From an uncultured Hormoscilla sp. (GTDB lineage Bacteria > Cyanobacteriota > Cyanobacteriia > Cyanobacteriales > Desertifilaceae): a DNA stretch of 64,000 nt. A program made the position numbers and the translations under genes. Every line of letters begins with the position of its first letter. Position 1 is the stretch's first letter. The DNA is taken from NCBI GenBank assembly GCA_963921275.4, contig OZ001293.3:5440001-5504000 (forward strand), written 5' to 3'. Of this stretch, positions 43,854 through 54,428 are shown in pieces. The notes below the pieces were generated by a model. The model ran no database searches. It was not told the origin of the DNA and worked only from the letters and a program-made list of their open reading frames with translations.

Positions 43854-44143
43854 ATGTCTTCGGAAACAACTTCACCAAACAGCTTGGTGCAGATGCAGTC
43901 GATGAGGCGATCGGCCAAGGACTCGACCTGGACGGTTCGGCCATTCCCCCTGCTAAACTGGAACTGTATCATAAAGTGATGGCCTTGGAGGCGGGCAGGC
44001 AGCGCAGTGGGGTTTCCAATACCATGCGATCGCGCATTGTCACGGGGGCGAAGCACATCGGGCAAGCGGAACTGAATCAAATGCTTCTGGACGCAGACTT
44101 TGCGAAAGACAAGGAAATTGCTTTCTACTATGGCGGCAAGTAG
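43854..44143 (+). pseudogene. DUF4090 family protein (Ssr1528-like), N-terminal frameshift
   Basis: GADAVDEAI..GLDLDGSAIP.AKLELY.KVMALEAGRQRSGVSNTMRSRIV out of frame with ATG 43854. Confidence 0.65.
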
Positions 44144-44150
44144 GATATAA

Positions 44151-45110
44151 ATGGAGAATGGAGAATTGCCTCATTCTCCATTCTCTCCTCGTTCCCTGGC
44201 TCCGGGAACGCCAGCGGCACTTTTGTTAGATTTTTTAGATAGGGTAAAAAATCTGGCTCGTAAGGTTGGCATAGAAGGACTATACTACATAACTCATTTT
44301 GGCAATGTTGTTTCAATTTTGCAAAATGGTATTCTATCTCACGATCTGGTTGAAAAGAAAAAAATTAACTTTACCCCAATTTATAATAGAGAGATTGTCA
44401 ATCTGCGTTCGACGAAGGTTGTTCAAGGAGATAAAACTTTATGGAATTTTGCCAATCTTTATTTTCAACCTCGAAATCCAATGCTATATTCATTGAAAGA
44501 TATAAGAAATGAAATAGCAATTCTTTGTATAAAAAGAAATATTCTGGATCGACAGAATATTTTGATCGCAACTGGAAATGCTGCACATAGAAATTATAAG
44601 ATACTTCCTATAAAAGAAGGTAAACAATATTTATCTAAGATTAGGGATGAAATTGATAAAGAATGGTGGAACGCAGAAGATGGATCTCAAAGAAAAATAA
44701 TGGCTGAATGCTTGGTGCCTGAATTTGTACCAGCAAAGTTTATACATTCTATTTATGTAGCTCATGATGAAGCCAGAAAAAATTAGAAAAAGTCATCATT
44801 GACTCAGGTATTTCAAACAGTCCTGAACTTGTTGTTGAACCTAAAAGTTCTTTTTGGACGATTGGAGAGCCTCTTTAACTAGCAATATAGATATGATTCG
44901 GGGCGATATGTTTTTTTCAGATAAACAAACTCTGACTATTAGTGTTAACTGTGTTGGAGCTATGGGAAGAGGACTTGCATCGACAGCAAAATACCGTTTT
45001 CCCGATCTTTATGTTAAATATCAAGATGCGTGCAAACATAATGATTTACAAATAGGAAAACCATTTCTTTATAAACGCGAATCATCCATTTTTAAGGAAC
45101 TAGGGTATAG
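44151..45110 (+). pseudogene. darT: DarT (DUF4433) ADP-ribosyltransferase fused to a DarG-type macrodomain; frameshifted and truncated
   Basis: LYYITH, GILS, LYFQPRNPMLY, GNAA, MAECLV; then GDMF...VNCVGAMGRGLA. Confidence 0.8.
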
Positions 45111-45354
45111 AATCTCTGGCTTTGCCCGCCCTGGGATGTGGTTTAGGTCAGTTGGAGTGGCAGGATGTTGGTCCTTTAATGTGTAAGTATATAACCGCAA
45201 TGGATATTCCTGTTGCTATATATTTGCCTGGGGATAGGGAACTGTCAAAAGATCTACTATCTCCAAAGTTTTTGCTATAGCCCAGAAACCAGGTTTTGAC
45301 AAAAAACCTGGTTTCTTAATTTGCATTTGTTCTCGGATAGTTAAGATGCCCGTT

Positions 45355-45921
45355 CTACGCCGATCGCCAGTATTGCGTTCCCCACTGACGCTGTTGCAGT
45401 TGATGCATGTGATTGAACAATTTCCAGCAATACTCCTCCGAGAGTCCGCAGGTAACCGCACCCCGCATCACGACATGGAAATACCAGTCGTTGGGGGCCA
45501 GTTCTTGTGGCAGTTTCTGCACCACGACATAGGTCCGCACGTCTTCATATATCTGCCCGCCACATTCTACCGCGATCGCTTCCCGTAGATAGCCGTTACG
45601 GGGAATTTCTTCCCTTTCGTCCAGGCGATCGCTGAGTCGCCAGGGCAGCTGATAAAGCACGCCTTCCACATGGGAAGTGGGGTCTGGTACGATATCGAGG
45701 GCACCACATTGGCGACGAAGGGAACGGCGACTAAAGCGCAGTCGATAGCCTGACACTTTTCCTGGACCAATTACATAACTATGGGTATCTTCTGAGAAGG
45801 TGCGCTTTAAGTCTACTGGGCACATACAGGAACCATAGGCAAAGTAGTAGAATGTTGGCTCACTCATCAATTGAGCTACTTTTCTTTGTGAAGCGTGCAG
45901 TTGTTCAGTATGAATACTCAT
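45355..45921 (-). CDS. Gamma-glutamylcyclotransferase family protein
   Basis: YYFAYGSCM, VEGVLY, LDERE. Confidence 0.85.
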   Translation of the reverse strand: MSIHTEQLHASQRKVAQLMSEPTFYYFAYGSCMCPVDLKRTFSEDTHSYVIGPGKVSGYRLRFSRRSLRRQCGALDIVPDPTSHVEGVLYQLPWRLSDRLDEREEIPRNGYLREAIAVECGGQIYEDVRTYVVVQKLPQELAPNDWYFHVVMRGAVTCGLSEEYCWKLFNHMHQLQQRQWGTQYWRSA

Positions 45922-46044
45922 GAATCTCTCTCCGTGCTAACTTGCATCTTATCAGAGTATTACTGACTATCTAGAAATAACAGTATCCTAATAGACAAAG
46001 CAGAGATTGAAAATCAATCAATCTCTGTTAAGAAATGTAAACGG

Positions 46045-46190
46045 TTTGTAGTAAGCACTTTAGTGCTTCCGAGGTTTGTAGTAAGCACTAAAGTGCTGCC
46101 CCCGTTTGTAGTAAGCACTTTAGTGCTGCCGAGGTTTGTAGTAAGCACTTTAGTGCTGCCCCCGTTTGTAGTAAGCACTTTAGTGCTTCC
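46045..46190. repeat. Five tandem 29-bp REP-like palindromes (TTTGTAGTAAGCACTTTAGTGCT)
   Basis: Directly visible. Confidence 0.85.
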
Positions 46191-46217
46191 CCGCCTCCCG
46201 GGTTTGGGGTAGGATCT

Positions 46218-46599
46218 TCATTGTTCATATATTTCCAGGGGCAAGTCATCTGGATCCTTAAAGAAAGTAAACCGCTTGCCTGTAATTTCATCAAGTCTGA
46301 TTTCTTCTACGGCCACTCCCTGAGATTTTAAGTGCTCAACTGTGGCATCGAGATTTTCGACGGCAAAAGCTAAATGTCTGAGTCCACAAGCTTCTGGGTT
46401 ATTTGTGGGGCGGGTTGGGAAATGAAAACAGTTCAATTTGGTCGCCTGGGCCCACGCGCAGATCTAACTTGTAAGAGTTGCGCTCTTTTCTGAAGGTTTC
46501 TTGGATAATGGAGAAACCGAGAACTTCCACATAGAAGTGTTTTGATTTTTCATAGTTAGAGCAGATGATGGCGACATGATGGATGCCTGTAATTTTCAT
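46218..46599 (-). pseudogene. VOC/glyoxalase family protein (YaeR-like), frameshift near 46410
   Basis: IHHVAIICSNY...IELFSFP in one frame, GLRHLAF...DPDDLPLEIYE in another. Confidence 0.8.
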
Positions 46600-46605
46600 G
46601 GGTCT

Positions 46606-47476
46606 GTGCGATTCGTTCTAGCCTAACGTGGTCAAACACGGAACGCTAGCCCGGTTTCATTAGCCGGGAACTCTGACCGCATGGGGGTTAAATTCCCCTC
46701 CCCCCAGGTACGGGGGTGATACCGGTCCTCGGTGCTACGAAGCGACATCATCGTGGTGCTAAGCGAGGACTCAAATGTAGGATAACTGGCAGCCTAAGCC
46801 GGTGACGCCGCTAGGAAAGATATCCAAGGTTAGAGCAGGCAAACATGTGCAAGCCTCGTTATAAGGAACCAGCGAAATAAGGCTATATGCGCTGGCCTAA
46901 AAAGGAAATGGTAGCTAGTATTAGTTTTAGACTCTGGCTAATATAGTACTCAAATAGCTCCCGGGGTATAGTGTGGACCTAAAGGTATCGCGAAATGTTG
47001 TTAGGGAACGAAGTAACCTCTCGTGTGCTGTCCATCAGGACAAGTTAGATGTTAAGCGCAAGCCACGGGGGGAGGGATGGCCCAAGAAGCGAATGCCCGG
47101 GGTAATTCCTGGGATAACATCTACAGTAATGTAGATGATGCTGGGTAGCCAGCGCTGACGTGGGTCGGTGATACTAGGAAGCTGCTGGAATGAGTAATCC
47201 TAAAAAGCCACGGAACTAATCCGAAACGCAAGTGGAGGATAAGGTATGGATAACTGGTAAAACTGACTTGAAAATGGTGATACTAACGGTTATCAGAACA
47301 ACCACTCGCTAAACCAGGAAAGGGAAGAAAAGACAGGCGGCAAGGGCTAACGGAAGTAATTCCTATTAAGTCTACCTATGAAAAGGGCCTAGTACCCAGT
47401 AGCCGGATGCGGTGAAAATCGCAAGTCCGGTTCCTCAAGGGAGGGTCGGGAAGCGATTCCCGGCTCGACCCCATCC
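46606..47476 (+). mobile_element. ORF-less group II intron family A, copy 5 (871 nt)
   Basis: Near-identical to 7656-8526; 5' exon GGGTCT pairs with EBS1. Confidence 0.93.
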
Positions 47477-47742
47477 AGACCTGGTAAAGGTGATTATATG
47501 ATATACTAAGGGAACTGGAAAAGCTTGCTGCGGGCATATTCGCACCGTTTCCCGTCACCGGAGGTAGGGCCTCCTGGTAGCGCAGCGTGTTACCAGCGGG
47601 ACACGCTCGCTTGAGAGACACTAGAGAATATTTTATCGCCTAGAGGACATTCTGACCCATGGATGAGGAAAGTCGTACTCCCAGAATTACGAAATCAGCA
47701 GCAGTATATCTGTAGCTATATATTGATAACATTATTACTTGG

Positions 47743-48372
47743 GTGCGATTCAACAAAATGGATAAATTTGCTCAAGATAAAGATTTGTCTTTATTGCCAG
47801 AACAAATACTCCAAGAACTGGAGAACTCGATCCTTCTTGAATCCCAAATAACTGGCAATCCTTGGGTTAAGGCAACTAGACTCAGGGAATTATTTTATAA
47901 TAAGTATGGAGCAACACTTGAACAGGAGATAAAATTGAACGGCTATAGCGACAGTTTAGAAAACTTTCTCAAAAGTATTAGCCAACGGTTTTCAATTTAT
48001 AACCATCCAAATCCTCAAGAGTTTTATGTAGCTTTTTTGCATGACATAGTTCCTGATTGTCAAGAGTCACAGTCAACTGCAACATCTTACGAGAGTCAAG
48101 AAGCTGAGGGGAGTGAAGAGAGCCCAAACACCTATTCATCCGAAAATATTATAATAACAGCCTCAGAATATCAACCTAAATTAGTTTCAGAAATTAAATC
48201 TGTAAATGATTTAGAGTCTGTTTTGATAGAGATTATTAAAAGTTTGACGGCAAATAATTCTCAATTAATTGTGACAATTGCAGTACTGAGCCAAAAGTTT
48301 TACTATTATTATGGGCAACCAATACGGGGAAACCAATACGGGGAATTAGACGTAGCTTATGCCCTGACATGA
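47743..48372 (+). CDS. Hypothetical protein, AT-rich, possibly truncated
   Basis: 209-aa open frame; no family recognised with confidence. Confidence 0.5.
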   Translation: MRFNKMDKFAQDKDLSLLPEQILQELENSILLESQITGNPWVKATRLRELFYNKYGATLEQEIKLNGYSDSLENFLKSISQRFSIYNHPNPQEFYVAFLHDIVPDCQESQSTATSYESQEAEGSEESPNTYSSENIIITASEYQPKLVSEIKSVNDLESVLIEIIKSLTANNSQLIVTIAVLSQKFYYYYGQPIRGNQYGELDVAYALT

Positions 48373-48671
48373 CATTGATTGAGTTACTTTCGACTATTCC
48401 TTGCCTCCATGTTGAAGAAGTGGATGATGATTGGCAGATTACTGTAAACGATCGTTAGCTCATTACCAATAACTTCCCTACCCCTTAGCTTGCATCGCGC
48501 CCAGATGTCGGTCGCGGCACCCGTTCGCGTAGGCGTAGCCGTGTGCGCGCAGCGCAATCGCTCCGGGGCATGATTATAATGTACAGGCAAAAACATCTTT
48601 AGGGATGCAAGCGGGCGGGGCGATCGATATGATATCATAACCAATAACTTCTCTACCGCAATGGGAGAGCC

Positions 48672-48977
48672 CTCGGCATCTTCTAACCGCCTCCCTTGAC
48701 GTTTTAACTCTGCATGTATTTCTGATGCTTTTTCCAAAACCTCTATCTCGTTTAACACCGGTAAAACTTGATATTTTCTGCAAAAGAACTCGAAGTCCAA
48801 TAGCTTTCTCGTCGCATTGGTCGCCGGCAATCCTCTTTTTATCTCATAGTATGTAATGCCACTGATAAACATTGACATACCTTGCCGCCGCACTTGCTCC
48901 ATTTTTTGGTCGATCTTCTCATTCTTCCTTAAAATCGCCGAGACGATATTTGTATCCAACAGATAACTCTTACTCAT
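48672..48977 (-). pseudogene. VapC PIN toxin, C-terminally truncated
   Basis: YLLDTNIV, ITYYEIKRG, GRRLEDA then unrelated sequence. Confidence 0.75.
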
Positions 48978-49614
48978 GCCATTTTCACCATCTTTGCCTG
49001 AATACTTCATCAGATGCATATACTTCACTCACGCGATTGCGCTGCGCGCTACGCGAACAGCACAGTTAAAGTCACACAGCATTACCATCTATTTTCCACT
49101 GCGGCATCAAATATTTCTAGTTCTTCTGGTGTCAGATCGTTTAACGTGCCCGAAACTGCATAGAGAGTCAGAATACTATCTATTCTCTCTCTTATATCTT
49201 CATCGCCAATCTCTTTTAATTATTCCGTCGAAAATTCATCAAACACCTCGATCATACGCTCGCTCGTTTCATCTCTATCCAATCTCTCCTGGTAGAAGCT
49301 CTCGGAAGCAATCAATTTCTCTGTCATCTCCGATATCCGGGCGATCGCATCCTCTTTCTCTATCGCTACTTTTACCATAATTTACCTCCTAGTTTTTGAG
49401 TTACTCGCTTCTCTTTTATTCTCCCATATCATTAGCTTTAATTTTCTAGTTTATCGATAACCAGTTCCCCATCAGTCACTTTTCCATTAGCAATTTGTTG
49501 CACATTTTTGGGATGATAGCAGCCAATGGTTGAAAATTGCACTTTGGCTAATTGAAAAGAGTAAATCCATCTATTCATGACAAGATTATGACTATCGAGA
49601 TTAACCATTGAGTA

Positions 49615-49845
49615 TTAGCCATTAGCAGCCCTTATCATCCCGTAATTGTGCAACCCCGCAATTTGTTCTGTCCCGATCGCGATCTTAGCGCGGAGTTCTT
49701 CCAGTCGCCGTTCGTCGTCAGCCCGATCGCGTTCTGAAAGCAGTCGCAGGGCTTCGAGCACCACTTCGTTTGCGGTGGAGTAGCGACCCCTTTCCACTTG
49801 CTCTGCGATCGCCCGTTCCGTTTCTGGAGTTAGCAATAGCGTCAT
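49615..49845 (-). pseudogene. ParD-like RHH antitoxin, truncated
   Basis: LTPETE..I...V..GRY.TANEVVLEALRLL; no ParE follows. Confidence 0.65.
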
Positions 49846-49852
49846 AACTACC

Positions 49853-50195
49853 TCTATAATTTCAACATGTTTCCCGTTCAACTTTGCGAGCAAGTAATCG
49901 ATCACGTAAACCTTGCGGATCGAACTTAGCCTCGTTCATCCTCCGAACTTCTTGGGCTTACTGCTGCCGTTGCTGTAAGTAGGCTTCCACTTCTTGCTGA
50001 TGGTTGAGATAGAAGGCAATTGTCCCGTAAACATCAGCCAGCTTCAGCGACGGATAGCGATAAACAATTTCTTCTGCCGTTGTTCCTTGTTTGAATACCG
50101 CAACTATCGTGTCAAGGGTTACGCGATTTTTGCCTACCCGAACCACATGCCGTAATTTTTAGTGGTGCAGGTTCAGCTACAATTGCGAGTACCAT
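49853..50195 (-). pseudogene. DUF433 protein with frameshift and nonsense codon
   Basis: RVTLDTIV..F.QG.TAEEIV.RYPSL.LADVY..IAFYL. Confidence 0.7.
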
Positions 50196-50313
50196 AAGCA
50201 ATACCAATACATCATAATTTTGCTGCTATCCGACTGGTGAATTAAGAAACTCGGTTGTTTCGTAAAAACCGGGTTTCTAAGTTAACATCTGGTGGGCAGT
50301 GCCCACCCTACAG

Positions 50314-50547
50314 GGAATGTCACTGATTTAAGCTGAAATCTCCTAGAAGTCATTGCGAGGGGGGGGGAACGTAGCGGTTAACTTATACTTTATGAGTTAA
50401 CCCCCCCCCGAAGCAATCTCCCCAGCAACAGCTCCCCAGGAGATTGCTTCGGGGGGGGGATGCTAATGCAAGATGATGATTTTTCGCTTTGGCACCCCCC
50501 CCTCGCAATGACATTAACAACTTTGTTCCTTAAGTCAGTGCCATTCC
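50314..50547. mobile_element. MITE with 9-bp target duplication, containing a nested palindromic repeat
   Basis: TIRs GGAATGTCACTGATTTAAG / CTTAAGTCAGTGCCATTCC; ACCCTACAG on both sides. Confidence 0.8.
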
Positions 50548-50550
50548 ACC

Positions 50551-51219
50551 CTACAGCTTAAATGCTGCTCCAAAACTCTCGCCGTAGAAGACTTTATCCA
50601 ACCCAAAGCGTCCGCCATACAGCTTCAAGGGTTCCTGAGCATAACCCAAAGGTAACAGACAGCAGACATCTACTTCCGCCGGAATATTAAACGCTTCCTT
50701 TACCTGTGCTGCCACAAACCCTTCCATCGGACAGCTGTCAACGCCAAAGCTTTTCGCCACAATCATGATATGGGCAACCGCTAGCATTGTATGGCGATTT
50801 GTCCAAGCTTCTATCGACTCAAAGCAGGGGTGATTCTCAAATAGCTGGGGAATAGCAGAGCGCATAGCATCAGCATACTTATCATTCACCGCACCAGTTT
50901 CTTTCCCCAGGGCGATCGTCTCTTCAATATACTCGCTGCTGTTCGCCCGCCGATCGCCACAGCAGATCAGCACTACAGGTGCTTCCGTTACCTGACGCTG
51001 GTTGAAGGCACAGGCGCTCAGCTTTTCCTTATTCTGTGGCTCCCTGACTACCACAAAACGCCAGGGTTGTAAATTGAATCCAGAAGGCGATCGCACCCCC
51101 AAGCGCAGAATTTCTGTTAAAGTATCTTGGGGAATAGGATCCGGGCGGAAAGAACGAGCCGCACGCCGCTGCTCGATCGCCTCTTGTAAGCTAATTGCAG
51201 GCTGTTGTGTCATAATCAC
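50551..51219 (-). CDS. Nitroreductase family protein
   Basis: RRAARSF, SPSGFNLQPWRFVV, SCPMEGF. Confidence 0.9.
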   Translation of the reverse strand: MIMTQQPAISLQEAIEQRRAARSFRPDPIPQDTLTEILRLGVRSPSGFNLQPWRFVVVREPQNKEKLSACAFNQRQVTEAPVVLICCGDRRANSSEYIEETIALGKETGAVNDKYADAMRSAIPQLFENHPCFESIEAWTNRHTMLAVAHIMIVAKSFGVDSCPMEGFVAAQVKEAFNIPAEVDVCCLLPLGYAQEPLKLYGGRFGLDKVFYGESFGAAFKL

Positions 51220-51225
51220 TCCAAC

Positions 51226-52209
51226 TCAGTCTAAACCTAGTTCGCGCTTCAGCCGTTCGATCGACTGAGAATCGATATAATTCTCGCAGGGATAGATCCG
51301 AGGAGCACGAATAATGTCCTCTCTGGCAGCGGCCACCGCAGCCTTGACCGCATCATAACTCACCATATCAGTAACGATCGCTTGCGCAGCGCGCACTATA
51401 GCATCTAGTTTATAGTTATCTTGGGGCTGAGCCTTCATCACATAGATCTCATCTCCCCTGAGACTATTAATGATCACCTCTGTGGCTCGCAGCACGCCAG
51501 CACTAAGGCAGACGATCCCAAAACAGGTGTCCTTGGGCAAGCTTTTGACCAGCTTAATTTCTTCAGCATAGTCATAGATATCCACCGGAATTACCCGCAC
51601 CGATTGGGGAGCCGCCTGTTTCTGGGCTTCTCCAATAAAATACTTGTTAGTGACCACAGTAGCAGAGGAAATCCGCTCTAGCACCTCAGCCAGATCCTCT
51701 AAAGGCACCAGTTGCACCGGTATTCGCAGGTCTTGTTCCAATTCCTGGGTCATCAACTCCCCGACACCGAGATCATGACGCGGTGCAGTCACCAGTACCC
51801 GAGCACTAGAACGCAAGCGCCAGTCAATTTCTGCCAAAAATAACTCTCTGGCTTCATTGAGAGAGCAACCTTGCCCGAGCAGCTCATTTAAGCTCTGTTG
51901 CACCACCTTTTCAGCATCTGGGTATTTTTCCAACAGATAAGACTTGTGTGACGCTTTTCCGTCCAGTCCTTCGGCCCGCACGAAAATCCCAGAACCCGCT
52001 TGCGCTTCCACTAAACCAGTTTCTTCTAACTGTCGATACACCTTGTTTACCGTGTTGCGGTGCAAACCAGTCTGCATCGCTAGAGCTCGGGTGCTGGGGA
52101 GCCGGTGGCCCGGGGGATATTGCCTGGAGGCGATCACGAACCGGATTTGATTAAACAGCTGGTTGGATGCGGGGATGTCACTATCTTGCTGAATCTGAAA
52201 CTGCACCAT
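51226..52209 (-). CDS. plmA: GntR-family regulator, PlmA subfamily
   Basis: IPASNQLFNQIRF..ASRQYPPGHRLPSTR.LAMQTGLHRNT. Confidence 0.85.
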   Translation of the reverse strand: MVQFQIQQDSDIPASNQLFNQIRFVIASRQYPPGHRLPSTRALAMQTGLHRNTVNKVYRQLEETGLVEAQAGSGIFVRAEGLDGKASHKSYLLEKYPDAEKVVQQSLNELLGQGCSLNEARELFLAEIDWRLRSSARVLVTAPRHDLGVGELMTQELEQDLRIPVQLVPLEDLAEVLERISSATVVTNKYFIGEAQKQAAPQSVRVIPVDIYDYAEEIKLVKSLPKDTCFGIVCLSAGVLRATEVIINSLRGDEIYVMKAQPQDNYKLDAIVRAAQAIVTDMVSYDAVKAAVAAAREDIIRAPRIYPCENYIDSQSIERLKRELGLD

Positions 52210-52266
52210 TCGATAACCTCCAGGCTGGCTGAGAGAGTAATTATGTCTATAGAAAAATGGCACCTA

Positions 52267-52445
52267 GTAAGCTGTCCGGAGCGAGGGGGGGCCAAACTGC
52301 AATTATTGGCAGCACCCACCGGAGTTCCCCCCGAAGCAATCTCCTGGCTACCCGATGTAAGCTGTCCGGAGCGAGGGGGCCAAACTGCAATTATTGGCAG
52401 CACCCATCGGAGTTCCCCCCGAAGCAATCTCCTGGCTACCCGATG
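52267..52445. repeat. Two tandem ~90-bp units of the GAAGCAATCT repeat family
   Basis: Units begin GTAAGCTGTCCGGAGCGAGG at 52267 and 52357. Confidence 0.85.
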
Positions 52446-52558
52446 AGCTTGGTCAGTGCTATTAGTCTATAAAATAATTATGCCTTTTCTGCTGCATGGA
52501 TAGAGTTTTCCTAGCGAGCGCGATAAAATCGATCTAGTCAAACTCGCGCACCAGACCG

Positions 52559-53308
52559 ATGGCCGACCCAGAAATTCGCACCGCCCAAGTCCAAGTACCC
52601 AACGGGGACTTACTCCTCGACGCTTACCTGGCCCAACCCACAGCATTGGGAAGCTTCCCTGCTGTGGTAGTCATACAGGAGATATTCGGAGTCAACGCTC
52701 ATATCCGAGAGGTGACCGAACGGATCGCTATGGATGGCTATGTGGCGATCGCCCCTGCCATCTACCAGCGCATAGCCCCGGGTTTTGAAGTCGGTTACAC
52801 CCCGGAAGATATCAAAATCGGCAAGGAATACAAAGCCCAAACCAAGGCCTCTGAACTGAAAAGCGACATCCAGGCCACCATAGACTACCTGAAACAGCAC
52901 GCAGAGGTGGCCCGATCGGGCTTTGGTTGTATTGGCTTCTGTTTTGGGGGTCACGTCGCCTATCTTGCCGCCACCCTACCCGAGATCCAAGCCACCGCCT
53001 CATTCTACGGTGCAGGCATCACCAACTGGTCTCCCGGGGAAGGCCCGGCCACGATCGCCTGCACTCCCGAGATTAAAGGCACCATTTACGCTTTCTTTGG
53101 CATGGAAGACGCCAGTATCCCAGCTGCACAAGTCGATCTTATAGAGGCCGAACTGCAAAAACATCGAATTTCCCATCGCATCTTTCGCTACGATGGAGCA
53201 GACCACGGTTTCTGCTGCGACCACCGTTCTAGTTATAATCATGAAGCTGCAACTGACGCCTGGAATCAGGTGCAGCAGCTATTCTCCCAAGAACTCCAGG
53301 CAGCTTAA
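52559..53308 (+). CDS. Dienelactone hydrolase family protein
   Basis: QEIFGVN, GFCFGG, HGF. Confidence 0.92.
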   Translation: MADPEIRTAQVQVPNGDLLLDAYLAQPTALGSFPAVVVIQEIFGVNAHIREVTERIAMDGYVAIAPAIYQRIAPGFEVGYTPEDIKIGKEYKAQTKASELKSDIQATIDYLKQHAEVARSGFGCIGFCFGGHVAYLAATLPEIQATASFYGAGITNWSPGEGPATIACTPEIKGTIYAFFGMEDASIPAAQVDLIEAELQKHRISHRIFRYDGADHGFCCDHRSSYNHEAATDAWNQVQQLFSQELQAA

Positions 53309-53323
53309 TTTCTTCTTAGTACA

Positions 53324-54238
53324 ATGAATTCCCAAGAAACAGCACCGCACCCAACCAAAGATTCATTCTCAATGGATGATTTCACCCAGGCCCTAGAAAC
53401 ACATGACTACAACTTTCAAAAAGGGCAAGTCGTGCGGGGCAAGGTAGAAGTATACGATGAGGATGGCGTCTATGTAGAAATTGGTGCCAAGTCCACAGCA
53501 TTCTTACCCATGAACGAAGTTGCCTTTGGCAGCTTAAAGGATAAGGATATCAAAGAAGTCCTGCCCCAAGAAGAGGAACTGGACTTCCTGATCGTCCGCG
53601 AACAGAATGATGAAGGTCAGGTGACCCTCTCCCGCCGTCAGCTGGAAATCAAGCAGATATGGGAAAAGCTGACCGAGATGGAGGAAAATAGGCAATCATT
53701 GCAGGTGACGGTCACGGGATCCAACAAAGGCGGCGTCACTGTGGACGTGGAAGGGTTGCGCGGCTTTATCCCTCGATCGCACCTGATCGATCGAGACAAC
53801 CTGGAAGTTTTGAAAGGAGAATCCCTGAGCGTCAGCTTTTTGGAAGTCAACCAGGAAACGAAAAAAATTGTCCTCTCTCAGCGGATAGCAGCTCAGTCCG
53901 CTAGCTTCAGCGAATTCGAGTTGGGGCAGTTGGTAGAAGGTAAAATTGCTAACATCAAACCCTTTGGCGTATTTGTAGATTTGGGTGGTTCAACAGCTCT
54001 GCTGCATGTCAAGCAAATCAGCCAAAATTACTTACCGTCCCTGTCAGACCTGTTTCAGATTGGTCAGGAAATTAAAGCGATGATTATTAATCTGGATGAA
54101 GGCAGAAGTCGCATTTCTCTGTCAACCAGGTTGTTGGAAAATTACCCAGGAGAAATGCTGGAAAAAATGTCCGAAGTCATGGCAACTGCAGAGGCCCGTA
54201 AAGACAGGGCGGCGAAAAAAATATTGGAAAACCAATAG
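53324..54238 (+). CDS. rps1b: 30S ribosomal protein S1 homologue B (three S1 domains)
   Basis: Three S1 repeats, GLRGFIPRSH, KPFGVFVD. Confidence 0.8.
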   Translation: MNSQETAPHPTKDSFSMDDFTQALETHDYNFQKGQVVRGKVEVYDEDGVYVEIGAKSTAFLPMNEVAFGSLKDKDIKEVLPQEEELDFLIVREQNDEGQVTLSRRQLEIKQIWEKLTEMEENRQSLQVTVTGSNKGGVTVDVEGLRGFIPRSHLIDRDNLEVLKGESLSVSFLEVNQETKKIVLSQRIAAQSASFSEFELGQLVEGKIANIKPFGVFVDLGGSTALLHVKQISQNYLPSLSDLFQIGQEIKAMIINLDEGRSRISLSTRLLENYPGEMLEKMSEVMATAEARKDRAAKKILENQ

Positions 54239-54428
54239 CATCTCAGATTTGGAAATTGAGAATGTAAAATTGAGAATGGCCCCATTTACTATTTGCCATA
54301 GCGCTCGCGTATTGCATACATGCCTTGAGATTGTCAAACCATTAACGGTGATTGCTAATTATTCGGGGTTCATGGTTCGGGAAGGGTGGCAATTAGCAAT
54401 TAGGAAGAAAAAAGCACAGGTTAAATGG

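Noticed and set aside
46045..46190. 29-bp periodic repeats resembling a CRISPR array (also 18529-18612 and 20370-20500)
   Set aside because: Only about 6 variable, re-used nucleotides between units; no unique spacers or cas genes; GTAG-type REP palindromes
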